From assembly GCA_016866335.1 (NCBI GenBank), contig VGMT01000010.1:3144-67143 (forward strand): a stretch of DNA of 64,000 bases, read 5' to 3'. Shown here piece after piece: positions 40,130 through 49,787 of this stretch (position 1 is its first letter; each line of letters starts with the position of its first letter). Origin of the DNA: Bacteroidota bacterium (lineage in GTDB: Bacteria; Bacteroidota; Bacteroidia; CAIKAF01). The position numbers were made by a program, and so were the translations under genes. Under the pieces are notes generated by a model, which saw nothing but the letters and a program-made list of their open reading frames with translations, searched no databases and was not told the DNA's origin.

Positions 40130-41424
40130 TTAATTCGGGACGACCAACCGAAAGCCCCAGTCGTTGGTGCGGTAGGAAGGAAAGCCGGCGCCGCGGCCAG
40201 CCGAGCGGCAAGCCGCGCTGTAGGCGCGCCAGCCGCCCCCACGCAGAACCCGATCCGACCCCGATGATGGACCTTCGGGGTTGGTTTGGGCACCGCTGGA
40301 ATAACCTCCATACCAATCGCTGCACCACTCCCAAACATTACCGTGCATATCGTACAAGCCCCAGGCATTGGGAGCATAGGAGCCCGCGGGCTGGGGTTTT
40401 CCAAGGAATGTTCCTTGTGCGCAGGTGGAATAGGGATAATTGCCATCGTAATTCGCCTCGCTGCTGCTTAAGCAGCTTCCCGTATTGAAGGGGCTTGTGG
40501 TTCCTGCCCGGCAAGCGTATTCCCATTCCGCCTCGGTTGGCAGCCGGCAGCCCATCCATTGGGCAAAGGCCGTGGCGTCGTTCCAATCTACATTAATTAC
40601 TGGCCTATTGCCACGCCCCCACCCTTCATCAGATGGCTTTGTTCTTCCCGTAGCATCGCAAAAGGCGTCGTACTGAGCAAAAGTCACCTCCAACTTGCTC
40701 ATTTTAAACCCGCTTAAAGTCACCGAATGCTGGGGGCCTTCGTTGCTTCCCCGGTCGGATTCAAAACTTGGGCTGCCCATCGTAAAGGTTCCGGCGGGGA
40801 TTGAAACCCATTGAATGATTGGGAAGATAGGATCTATTCCAACAGAAAAGTTTTTAGACCCGTAATTGTTTTGGGAATCATAAACAGTTAAACTGTAATT
40901 CCCAGGCAGTAAGTTGAAGATATTTGGTCCTGTACCTCCGTTTGACCAAGCATATGTATATGGCGGCACACCTCCGTTTACTATTGCGGTGGCAGTGCCA
41001 TCAGCGGTGTAAGGTGTACTGGCTACTGTCGAGTTAACCTGAATGGCTAAAATATTCCCACCTGACAAAACTCCAATTTCAAACGACACCGAGTCTATAA
41101 CTCCGATTGCATCTACAACAACAACATTGTAAAAACCAGGCAACAGGTTGAATCTTAACGAATCTGAGCCACCACCATTTGACCATTGATATACATAGGG
41201 TGGACTCCCCCCCCCTTCACCTGAATAATTGCCTGTCCATTTGCTATACCAAGGCCTGAAGCATCAACCTTAGAAACCGATATAGACAAGACGGAATCTG
41301 GATTAAAACAAGTCCAATTTAGTAAGTTAAATAAAAAAACTACGGACAGTAAACCATAATAATTTCGAGAAAACAAACCCGAATTTTGTTTGACTCTTGA
41401 AGGTGAATTATTAAAAATCTTCAT
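40130..41424 (-). pseudogene. SprB-repeat + FGE-sulfatase (CLec-fold) protein, frameshifted at a G9 tract; candidate DGR target
   Basis: FGE motifs FTMGS, PVINVDWNDA, RLPTEAEWEYACRAG, GLYDMHGNVWEW, GFRLV; SprB-like GG.PPY.Y.WSNG twice; the two ORFs join if G9 (41207-41215) becomes G10 or G7. Confidence 0.82.
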
Positions 41425-41631
41425 AAATTATGCTATCCATCGTTCTACAAAATTAAATCAGAATACAGTTTAAAAGCAAACCCTATTTTTAATTAACTTA
41501 AAGGTACTCTTTTTTGTACTGCCTTTGCATTATTGTTGTACATGCAGGCATTACCGAATTTTTTCTGCTGTGTCAAGACATCAAAAGCCACACGACACCA
41601 CTAAGAATTAGGGTGCTGTGTTTTGAGGTTG

Positions 41632-41705
41632 TGATCCCATCAGGATTCGAACCTGAGACCTACTGCTTAGAAGGCAGTTGCTCTATCCAGCTGAGCTATG
41701 GGACC
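41632..41705 (-). tRNA. tRNA-Arg(TCT)
   Basis: GGTCCCATAGCTCAGCTGGATAGAGC..CTGC-CTTCTAA-GCAG..GGTTCGAATCC. Confidence 0.95.
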
Positions 41706-41717
41706 TCTTTTGGGCAA

Positions 41718-41742
41718 CAAAAAACCCCGTTTTACCGGGGTT
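41718..41742 (-). terminator. Intrinsic terminator-like hairpin between tRNA-Pro and tRNA-Arg
   Basis: Minus strand AACCCCG-GTAAAA-CGGGGTTTTTT. Confidence 0.6.
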
Positions 41743-41746
41743 CTTG

Positions 41747-41820
41747 TCGGGGTGGCAGGATTCGAACCTACGACCTCCTGCTCCCAAAGCAGGCGCGATA
41801 CCGGGCTACGCTACACCCCG
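41747..41820 (-). tRNA. tRNA-Pro(TGG)
   Basis: CGGGGTG acceptor; CCTGC-TTTGGGA-GCAGG anticodon arm; GGTTCGAATCC. Confidence 0.95.
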
Positions 41821-41827
41821 AAGTCCT

Positions 41828-41917
41828 TGGCGGTGAGGGGGGGATTCGAACCCCCGGTACCATTACTGGTACGGCAGTTTAGCAAACTGCTGGTTTCAGC
41901 CACTCACCCACCTCACC
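41828..41917 (-). tRNA. tRNA-Ser(GCT), CCA encoded
   Basis: GGTGAGG acceptor; GCAGT-TTGCTAA-ACTGC anticodon arm; long variable arm. Confidence 0.95.
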
Positions 41918-41952
41918 AAGGTGGACTGCAAAAGTAATCATTCAGGCTTTTC

Positions 41953-42642
41953 ATGCAAATATTTTTTTTGATAAGATTTACCACCCTTGGTAGTTCATTA
42001 ATATACCTAATTTTGATTTGTGAACCCGAAGTTGTTTTCCCTGCTAATCATTTTAGGCCTAGGCATGTATACCTGTGGCTACAACCCATCGCCGGTTCAG
42101 GAACCTACACCCATTTAGGTTCAATCTACCTTTTCTTTTTCTTTGAAAAACAGCGCTTGGAGTTCGGCATGGTCTGCAGAAAATCGGCTTCAAGTCGCCA
42201 TGCCTTCCATTCCCTCAAACCTAAATCCCTTTGCAAACCCAACCTCGACAGGCCAAGCCATTCAACGACAACTCCAATTAATGCGGGAATTTTCGCTGCC
42301 CATTTTCAAACCTGGATTAAGGCAGAAACCCTTCGCCCCTTTTTTAAAACTGCCTTAGCCAAAGGACTTAGTCCCTTGATGGCCTTGTTGGTTCATGCCC
42401 TTAGAGCCGCCCTTGGCCTAATTCTTACCTTTTTTGTGCAGCGCCTTCCTTTGCTTTTAAGCGGCACCGTGGTTATTGAGGTTATGTTTGGCATTCCTGG
42501 GTTTGGTCGGCTGGCCTGGCTGGGGGTTTTAGAAAACGATTCCTCGGTGGTGCTGGGCTGCCTGCTCCTGGCGGCGCTGGCCGGCTGGGTTTCTGTGTAC
42601 CTAAATGGGTTGTTAACCAAATACCGCATTTCAATCCAATGA
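41953..42642 (+). CDS. DppB/OppB-like ABC permease; only the C-terminal half is recognisable and the start is uncertain
   Basis: TALAKGLS..HALR..GTVVIEVMFGIPGFG; the N-terminal portion does not resemble the family. Confidence 0.55.
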   Translation: MQIFFLIRFTTLGSSLIYLILICEPEVVFPANHFRPRHVYLWLQPIAGSGTYTHLGSIYLFFFFEKQRLEFGMVCRKSASSRHAFHSLKPKSLCKPNLDRPSHSTTTPINAGIFAAHFQTWIKAETLRPFFKTALAKGLSPLMALLVHALRAALGLILTFFVQRLPLLLSGTVVIEVMFGIPGFGRLAWLGVLENDSSVVLGCLLLAALAGWVSVYLNGLLTKYRISIQ

Positions 42643-43583
42643 ATTGGGCTGTTCAAATGAGCCGTTGTTGGCTTGGCTTGCTCTTGGTTGCCCTTTTAAT
42701 TTCATGGGGGCTTGATTTGCAGCCCGGTCGAATTCCAATGTTGCAAAGTGCCTTGCCCCCAGGTTCGGCTGAAGCGCCGTTGGGCACCGACCACCTGGGC
42801 CGCCACATTGGTTTAGGAATACTCCAAGGCTTTCAATCCATTCTGGTTTTAGCCGTTCCGTCGTTGCTGCTCAGCCTGATTCTTGCCCTGGCATCGGCCT
42901 ACCTACTTTCTTGCGAGCACCGGCCCTATCTTTCGTTTTTTAATCTTGGAATAGGTCTTAGCAGCGGTTTGATTTTGGCACGCTCCCTTCCTTGGTTATC
43001 GGCCTTTCCCCTTTGGTTGCTGCTGCTGTTGTGCGGCCTATTTTTGGCCTCGTTTTTTCTTCCTGCTTGGGGTCCTGGCATTAGCCTGCCTTTTGTGGGC
43101 CTTATTCGTTTGCTTCAACGTATTCTTTTATCTATTCCGGGTATAGTGCTGTTGTTCAGCCTAAATCCCGATTCATACTTGGAATTAATCGTGCTGCTGG
43201 GCGGAACATCTTGGGTGGCTTTAAGCCAGTTTTCAGAGCGAAGTATGCTTGATTTCTTTGGCAGCACCGAATACCAAAGTGCAAAATCCTTGGGCATTCC
43301 TATGCTGCGCATCGTAGGTAGGCATTTGTTTCGTCGGTTGCTTGAAACGCTTCGGCCTCAGTTGGCATGGCTGCTGGCCGGCTTTATAGTTCTTGAGGGC
43401 AGTTTGGGTTTTTTGGGGCTGGGATTGCCGGCACAGCACTGGGGTTGGGGGCAAATGCTTCGCCTGGGCTTAGGGCATACTGAACTGTGGTGGACCTGGC
43501 TATTTGCCAGCCTGTGCATCTTATTTACGGTGGTTTCGTCGTTTGTTTTGATGCACAATGGGCACAGGCCTAGGGTAAATTAA
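42639..43583 (+). CDS. DppC/OppC-like ABC permease (divergent)
   Basis: PLGTDHLGR; EYQSAKSLG; EGSLGFLGLG..WG. Confidence 0.78.
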   Translation: MNWAVQMSRCWLGLLLVALLISWGLDLQPGRIPMLQSALPPGSAEAPLGTDHLGRHIGLGILQGFQSILVLAVPSLLLSLILALASAYLLSCEHRPYLSFFNLGIGLSSGLILARSLPWLSAFPLWLLLLLCGLFLASFFLPAWGPGISLPFVGLIRLLQRILLSIPGIVLLFSLNPDSYLELIVLLGGTSWVALSQFSERSMLDFFGSTEYQSAKSLGIPMLRIVGRHLFRRLLETLRPQLAWLLAGFIVLEGSLGFLGLGLPAQHWGWGQMLRLGLGHTELWWTWLFASLCILFTVVSSFVLMHNGHRPRVN

Positions 43584-43628
43584 GTCTGATTTGGGTTTTT
43601 AATAAGGAGTTTTTTTAAAGGTATTTGG

Positions 43629-43769
43629 GCGGGTTTCGGGCTTTCTGGGCTAGTACGCGGTTGCCGAAAGGCTGGCCCAGCTGGTTTGCGGTGGCTCCTA
43701 AGGTCGCCTCCGCACCTAGCGGGCCAGGCTTCGGCACCCTTGCGCGCTAGCCCTGTCAATCCCGCCCGC
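43629..43769 (-). repeat. Extended Flavo-1-like structured repeat, copy 6
   Basis: Minus strand GGGATTGA..GGCGACCTTAGGAGCC..GAAAGCCCG; inner segment nearly identical to copy 3. Confidence 0.75.
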
Positions 43770-43834
43770 GGGCGAAGTAATGCCTTATTATCTTATTTAA
43801 AAAATTCCCTGAACCCTATGCCACTAGGGCAGTT

Positions 43835-44509
43835 TCAATCCAACAGGTCGGGCCTTCGTTGCCGAGTGCGCTCCAAGGCTTGCTCATGCCTCCATCGGGC
43901 AATTTCGGCCTCGTGTCCGCTCAATAAAACGGGGGGAACAGCATGCCCACGCCAAACCTCGGGTCGGGTGTACACCGGTGGAGCCAGCAACCCATCTTGA
44001 AAGGAGTCGGTCAAGGCACTGGTCTCATCGCTTATTGCACCTGGCAGCAATCGAAACAGGGAATCGACCACCACGGCTGCGGCCAATTCTCCACCCGAAA
44101 GCACGTAGTCGCCAATGCTAATTTCCATGGTTATGTACTGATCTCGAATGCGTTGATCAATGCCTTTGTAGTGGCCACATAACAGCAGCAGGCGTTTACT
44201 AAGGCTTAATCTGTTTGCCATGGGTTGGTTAAACCGGTCTCCGTCAGGACTCAAATAAATGACCTGATCGTAGTGGTTTTTTTCCATCAAGGCATCCAAA
44301 CATTGGCCAAGCGGTTCGCAAGCCATGACCATTCCACCGCCGGCACCGTAGGGATAATCGTCAACGCTTCGGTATTTCCCGGTCCCGTAATCCCGAAGCT
44401 GAATAAGGTTCAATTGGGCAAGGCCCTTATCGACCACCCGCTGGGGAATGGAATGCGACAAAGCCGCCGACACAAGTTCTGGAAACAAACTTACAACATC
44501 CACTATCAT
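43835..44509 (-). CDS. trmD: tRNA (guanine-N1)-methyltransferase
   Basis: [35 protein letters not shown]. Confidence 0.97.
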   Translation of the reverse strand: MIVDVVSLFPELVSAALSHSIPQRVVDKGLAQLNLIQLRDYGTGKYRSVDDYPYGAGGGMVMACEPLGQCLDALMEKNHYDQVIYLSPDGDRFNQPMANRLSLSKRLLLLCGHYKGIDQRIRDQYITMEISIGDYVLSGGELAAAVVVDSLFRLLPGAISDETSALTDSFQDGLLAPPVYTRPEVWRGHAVPPVLLSGHEAEIARWRHEQALERTRQRRPDLLD

Positions 44510-44582
44510 GCCCGAAAAGTACGGATTTATCGCTGCCTCACAAAAGCAATAGCCTTTCCCATTTTCAAGGGGTTTCGTACCT

Positions 44583-47500
44583 TTGAATGTGTTTGCTCAT
44601 TCCTATTTACGTTTCTTTGCCCTTTTTTTGTTGGTAGGGACCCTTGGGCGAAACCCTATTTGGAGTCAATCGGCCGTTCCCTCGCCCAGCAAATTCAGCA
44701 AAGCCCTTCAAAATGCCTTGATTAGGCACCAACCCGAAGACAGTTTGGTTGTTTGGTTTAAATCGGCCAGCCGCCCCAACCCCCCGAACGGAATTCAATC
44801 TTTGGGTTCTGGATTTTATCAATGGAAAGGAACCAAACTGGAATGGGAATGGCTCTCAAATTCCATTCCATTGGAATGGGCCGACCTTGCCCCCAGCAAA
44901 GGTCCGGCGGAAAGCGAACTGGCCAATGGCCATACTGGCCTTTCTTCTTATGCACAAACCGCGGGTGTTCACCGGCTTGGATTGGGAATTCGTTTGGGCT
45001 TAAACGACGACGGGATGGTGGGTGCCCACCCCGATTTTGGTCAAAGGATTAATCAGCAAAATGCCCCTTTTACTGGAGCTTTGGCCGACCATGCCGATCA
45101 ACTTTCGGGAATGCTTGTGGGCTCTGGCATGGTTGAACCTGCAGCCCGTGGCTACCTTCCGGGCGCCAAACTGCATGTTTGGACCTATTCGGTCGATCCC
45201 AGCCAAAATTCTGGTTTTTTTTCTTACCCATCGGCCCTTTATTTTGATTCGGTTGTGGTTCTAAACACCTCGTATGGCGACGGGTGCAACGCTGGCTACA
45301 CGGCACTTTCTGCCTATTTGGACCAGCAACTTGAATTGAGCCCAGAATTGGGATTGGTTTTTTCGGCGGGGAATTCTGGATCGGCAGATTGCGGTTATGG
45401 AGCCGGGGCTGGCTGGGGCAACATCACCGGTGGCCACAAGCTGGCCAAAAACGCGTTGGTGGTAGGCAATCTTCTTAATCTTAACCTAATTTCTCCTACA
45501 AGCAGCCGAGGCCCTTCGACCGATGGCCGAATTAAACCCGATTTGGTAGCTCCTGGTAACCTTCAATACACCACCTCTGGCTTTTCACCCACAGGTTACA
45601 CCCTGCAAAGCGGCAGTTCCCTTTCGGCCACAGCAGCTACCGCCGCATTTGGCTTACTGCAAAACCAACATTTAATTCAACGGGGAACCTTCGCCAACTC
45701 AAGTCTGATTCGAGGCCACTTGCTTAATACAACCCTCGATTTGGGTTTACCGGGCCCCGATTTCACCTATGGTTTTGGCTTAATTCAAACCGATGTTGCC
45801 CTTCATGCCTTACAGCAAAGAAAAGACAGTGTTTTATGGTTGCAACCCAACGATACCGTTTGGATTCCCCTTCACCATTCCAACCCTTCATCTGCTCTAA
45901 AGGTAATGCTGTGCTGGAATGACCCCGCAGGCAGCCCCCTTTCTGCCTCTCCATTGGTAAACGACCTGGACCTGGCCCTTAAAACTCCCTCTGGAAATTG
46001 GATCTTGCCCTTGGTACCAAATCCCTTAGTCGGCTTTTTAAATCAGCCTGCCACCCAGGGGCAAGACCATGTTAATAATGTGGAACAAATCTCCACTTCC
46101 CTTTCTGATACAGGGTTTTTCTGGATTCGCATCAGCTCAACATCCTTGATTGGGGCCGGACAAGAATGTGCCCTAGTTTGGCATAGCCCCGATACCCTTT
46201 CTTCTTTTAAAAGTCCCTGGCTGGGGCAATCGGCCAAGGCTCAAGAAACAGCTACGGTGAGTTTCTTCAATGCAAAAGCCCAATCCAATCTTGAATTCAG
46301 CAGCGACCTTGGTCAAAACTGGCAGGTTTTATCGGCAAACCTTGGCCAGGGAAACCACCGCATTGAACATCCTCTAAACAGTTCATTTTATTCGTTTGGA
46401 GTAATCTACCGATTAACCTACCTAGGGCAAGAACAGATTCAAAGCCCGCGTTTAACCATACTTCCTGTTGCCGACTCGCTCCGAATCGACACGCTGTGTT
46501 CGAATAGGTTGCGCATGAGTTGGAATGCCGACCCCCTGGTTCCCTATTGGCTAATTTATGCCATGTCAGACAGCAATCAAACGGTGGTTGATACAGCAAC
46601 AGGAAACACATGGATTTCTACGAAAGATTGGGGAGGAATTCAGCGCTACTGGGCTGTGGCGGCAATGGATGTTTGGGGCGGGGTAGGCCAAAGGTGCAGG
46701 GCCATCTCGGCAGGCGATAGCCTAATCCATTGCAGCCCGGTCAACGACCTTTCTTTAAACGAAATTGTTTTCCCCTTAGGCAATACGCTTTCAACCTGTT
46801 TTTTTAGTCAAAACCTACCCCTTGTTTGCTCGGTTTCAAATCGGGGCACCCAAAATTCTGGGCCCATGTTGGTGTCAGCTAAAATAAATGGGCAAATCTT
46901 GGTTACCGACACCCTGCTAAACCTGCCCCCAAACACAAGCATAACCCACACCTTTTCTCAGTATCTAAGTCCAATCACGGGTTCTGAAATGTCCATTTTC
47001 ATTTCCTTAAGTTCTTTCCAAGATGAATTACCGTGGAACAACACGTTGAACCAAACGTATTCATTGTATTCTCAAACCGAAAGTTCCATTCCTCACCTGG
47101 AATCGTTTGAAAACAGCATTCCATGTTCAAACCAAACGAACTGCAAGGTTCCACAATGCCAAAACTCAAACCCCTGGACCAACAATCCGTCCAACGATCT
47201 TGATTGGAGAATCCACAGCGGCCCGAGTCCCAGCGCCGGAACAGGCCCCCGAACCGATGCAATGCCTGCCACCCTAAATGGAAACTACCTGTACCTGGAA
47301 TCCAGCCTTTGTTCTCCAAGCACCTCAATGGCCTTTGGCCCTTGTTTTTCAGGCATTCCACAGCCATTAAACCTGTATGCGGCCATGCATGCCTTTGGTC
47401 CAGATGTGGACCACATGGAAATTCTATTGATGGGACCAACGGGTCTTGACACCTTAAAAATGTCAACCCAGGGAAGCCACCTAGGTTGGGAAACCCAAAA

Positions 47501-48353
47501 AGCAAAAATCAATACCCTTCCCGGGGCTAAATATCAACTAATCGTTAAAGGAAAAACCACATCTGGGTTTCGTGGTGATTTAGCCATGGATGCGGTGCTA
47601 TTAGACACGCTTGATTTTGAAGCTATACCTAGCAATTACCCAAAAGTTTGCCAAACCTCCCCTACCCAATTCAAATTTCTTCCAACTGCCTTAGGTTCAG
47701 TCCCCCAATTCATCCTTCGCGATTCCTCATTCAACCCCATTTTACAAACCATAAACGATTCTGTGGCCTACACCTTTGTTCAATCTGGAGCGTATCAATT
47801 TAGCTTTAACCATCCCAGCCTAAATTACATTTGGCACGGAAATATTGAAGTTGAAGATCCATTAAATTTGGATTTTAGCTGGCAAGAATTGGGCAATGGC
47901 TTGGTGCTGTTTTCGCCCAATGCGTCAAACCTGCCTGCGAAATGGACAACGGGCGATGGCCAATTTCATTGGACCACCGATTCGCTGTATCATGCCTACC
48001 AGCAAAACGGCCAGTACCTGGTGCGGCTTTGGGCAGAAAATTCCTGTGGAAAGGATTCTATTGAAAAATGGATTCAGGTGGTTGGGGTTGGATTTTCAGA
48101 CCCTCCAAGCAAGGATTCATGGTTAATTTATCCTAACCCAGCTCAACACTACACCACCCTGCTTTCAGCCCATGCAGAAGAAATTCTGGAAGTACATTTA
48201 AGAGACCTTTCGGGAAGAAGCATCGTGCATTTAAGTCCCAAAAAATCGGCGGTTTCAATCCCTTTACAAGGCATTCCTGCCGGGTATTATTTATTGGATT
48301 GCAAAACAAACGACAGGAATTTGCTGTTTAAATTAATCAAAACAAACCCATGA
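44583..48353 (+). CDS. S8 subtilase-like protein with CARDB/MAM/PKD-like modules and T9SS type A C-terminal domain (start uncertain)
   Basis: [48 protein letters not shown]. Confidence 0.82.
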   Translation: MNVFAHSYLRFFALFLLVGTLGRNPIWSQSAVPSPSKFSKALQNALIRHQPEDSLVVWFKSASRPNPPNGIQSLGSGFYQWKGTKLEWEWLSNSIPLEWADLAPSKGPAESELANGHTGLSSYAQTAGVHRLGLGIRLGLNDDGMVGAHPDFGQRINQQNAPFTGALADHADQLSGMLVGSGMVEPAARGYLPGAKLHVWTYSVDPSQNSGFFSYPSALYFDSVVVLNTSYGDGCNAGYTALSAYLDQQLELSPELGLVFSAGNSGSADCGYGAGAGWGNITGGHKLAKNALVVGNLLNLNLISPTSSRGPSTDGRIKPDLVAPGNLQYTTSGFSPTGYTLQSGSSLSATAATAAFGLLQNQHLIQRGTFANSSLIRGHLLNTTLDLGLPGPDFTYGFGLIQTDVALHALQQRKDSVLWLQPNDTVWIPLHHSNPSSALKVMLCWNDPAGSPLSASPLVNDLDLALKTPSGNWILPLVPNPLVGFLNQPATQGQDHVNNVEQISTSLSDTGFFWIRISSTSLIGAGQECALVWHSPDTLSSFKSPWLGQSAKAQETATVSFFNAKAQSNLEFSSDLGQNWQVLSANLGQGNHRIEHPLNSSFYSFGVIYRLTYLGQEQIQSPRLTILPVADSLRIDTLCSNRLRMSWNADPLVPYWLIYAMSDSNQTVVDTATGNTWISTKDWGGIQRYWAVAAMDVWGGVGQRCRAISAGDSLIHCSPVNDLSLNEIVFPLGNTLSTCFFSQNLPLVCSVSNRGTQNSGPMLVSAKINGQILVTDTLLNLPPNTSITHTFSQYLSPITGSEMSIFISLSSFQDELPWNNTLNQTYSLYSQTESSIPHLESFENSIPCSNQTNCKVPQCQNSNPWTNNPSNDLDWRIHSGPSPSAGTGPRTDAMPATLNGNYLYLESSLCSPSTSMAFGPCFSGIPQPLNLYAAMHAFGPDVDHMEILLMGPTGLDTLKMSTQGSHLGWETQKAKINTLPGAKYQLIVKGKTTSGFRGDLAMDAVLLDTLDFEAIPSNYPKVCQTSPTQFKFLPTALGSVPQFILRDSSFNPILQTINDSVAYTFVQSGAYQFSFNHPSLNYIWHGNIEVEDPLNLDFSWQELGNGLVLFSPNASNLPAKWTTGDGQFHWTTDSLYHAYQQNGQYLVRLWAENSCGKDSIEKWIQVVGVGFSDPPSKDSWLIYPNPAQHYTTLLSAHAEEILEVHLRDLSGRSIVHLSPKKSAVSIPLQGIPAGYYLLDCKTNDRNLLFKLIKTNP

Positions 48354-48901
48354 ATTTTATATCAGAGCGAGTTGGCTATGAGGCCACAGATGAGGGTCTA
48401 ACCGTTCGTATTAAAGCCAGCAAAGCAAGCGACCTCAAAAAACTAAATTTAATGAAAGCCTGGGTTATTGCCTGGGGTATTTCAGGTGGCCTAATTGGTT
48501 CAGCCCTTTTTTTGAATTATCCTGCAGACCTTAAGCTATACCTTTTGATCTTCTTGGCATTTTGGGCCTATTTCTTGTTTAAAATTACCCGAGCCTATTA
48601 CTTCCGAAAATACGGCATCGAAACCATCTTCTTGAATGGCGATCAACTTATGCTTAGAAAAGACATTCATGGAAAACCTGGCAAACAAGTGTTTTTCAGG
48701 TTAAAAGAAAAAAACGCCTTTCGACACCTCGATAAAAACGACAAGGGGTCCTGGTTTTATGATTCATTTTGGATAGACAGCGGCGGAAATTGCGGATTCG
48801 GAAAACCCGGTTCTGAATACCGCTTTGGCATTCAATTGGAAAAAACAGAAGCCCAACAGTTGGTCAAACTACTCAATAAGCAGATTCAAATTACCCCTTA
48901 G
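48350..48901 (+). CDS. Hypothetical membrane protein
   Basis: 183-aa ORF with two TM segments; ATGA-coupled to the upstream gene. Confidence 0.65.
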   Translation: MNFISERVGYEATDEGLTVRIKASKASDLKKLNLMKAWVIAWGISGGLIGSALFLNYPADLKLYLLIFLAFWAYFLFKITRAYYFRKYGIETIFLNGDQLMLRKDIHGKPGKQVFFRLKEKNAFRHLDKNDKGSWFYDSFWIDSGGNCGFGKPGSEYRFGIQLEKTEAQQLVKLLNKQIQITP

Positions 48902-49646
48902 TCAAAAAATGATGCCCCAGCATCACCGATAAAGCCGTTGCAGCGTTCAATGATTCTGGAGCTGGGCCTACCGAAAAAGAGGGAATGCGCACCGATGTTC
49001 CCATTTCAGCGACTTCGGGGCCAATTCCATTTCCTTCATTTCCTATGACCCAACCCAGCTTATCGCTAGGAATATAAGGTATTTTAGTCATTGGTTTCCC
49101 ATTGATTTCGGCCAGCAGAAGTTTCAACCCAAGGGCCATTATCCAATCTCTTAATTCATTAACCCTCAACCTGTGTAAATTCACAGCGGCGATGCTCCCC
49201 ATGCTGGCTTGCACCACCTTGGGCCCGTAGGGGTCAACCGTTCCCTTCAGAAGAACAACATCTTCAATTCCAAACCAATGGCAACTGCGTAAAATGGTTC
49301 CCATATTTCCCGGATCTTGAATGCCATCTAAAACCACAATAGGCCCTTTTTGGGGCAATGTTCTTGGGTCGGGAATACGAAAAACCCCCACCAAACCTGT
49401 AGGATTTTCTAAAAAAGACAAGCCCGATTCGGGCAATAAATAAACCGGAAAATCGCCCTTGGGTATTTGGTCCAAATGAGCTACCTGTTGTGCATCAACT
49501 CCCAGCCAATCGGGCTTCCATCCAAAAGCCATACAATCTAGAATGCATTTAAACCCTTCGGCAACACACAAACCCGATTCCAGCCTAAACTTTTTATCGG
49601 CCAACCTTCTAAAGGTTGCCTGTTTCGATTTTGATAGCAATTCCAC
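48891..49646 (-). CDS. TrmH/SpoU-family RNA methyltransferase
   Basis: LDGIQDPGNMGTILR; GNEGNG; ESLNAA. GTG start is inferred. Confidence 0.92.
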   Translation of the reverse strand: MELLSKSKQATFRRLADKKFRLESGLCVAEGFKCILDCMAFGWKPDWLGVDAQQVAHLDQIPKGDFPVYLLPESGLSFLENPTGLVGVFRIPDPRTLPQKGPIVVLDGIQDPGNMGTILRSCHWFGIEDVVLLKGTVDPYGPKVVQASMGSIAAVNLHRLRVNELRDWIMALGLKLLLAEINGKPMTKIPYIPSDKLGWVIGNEGNGIGPEVAEMGTSVRIPSFSVGPAPESLNAATALSVMLGHHFLTKG

Positions 49647-49787
49647 CCCGCAAAGATACGTCCTCAAAGCCTTATTATGGATATCTATTGAACCCTGTCC
49701 ACCAAACCAACCGAGATTAATTCAGAAACATGTTTAATTTGATGAATAGCCCTGTTTGCCTCGCCCGATTTGAATTACCTTCGCAGT

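Noticed and set aside
41514..41937. ORFs antisense to the tRNAs (also 10845-11048)
   Set aside because: Spurious translations across tRNA genes.
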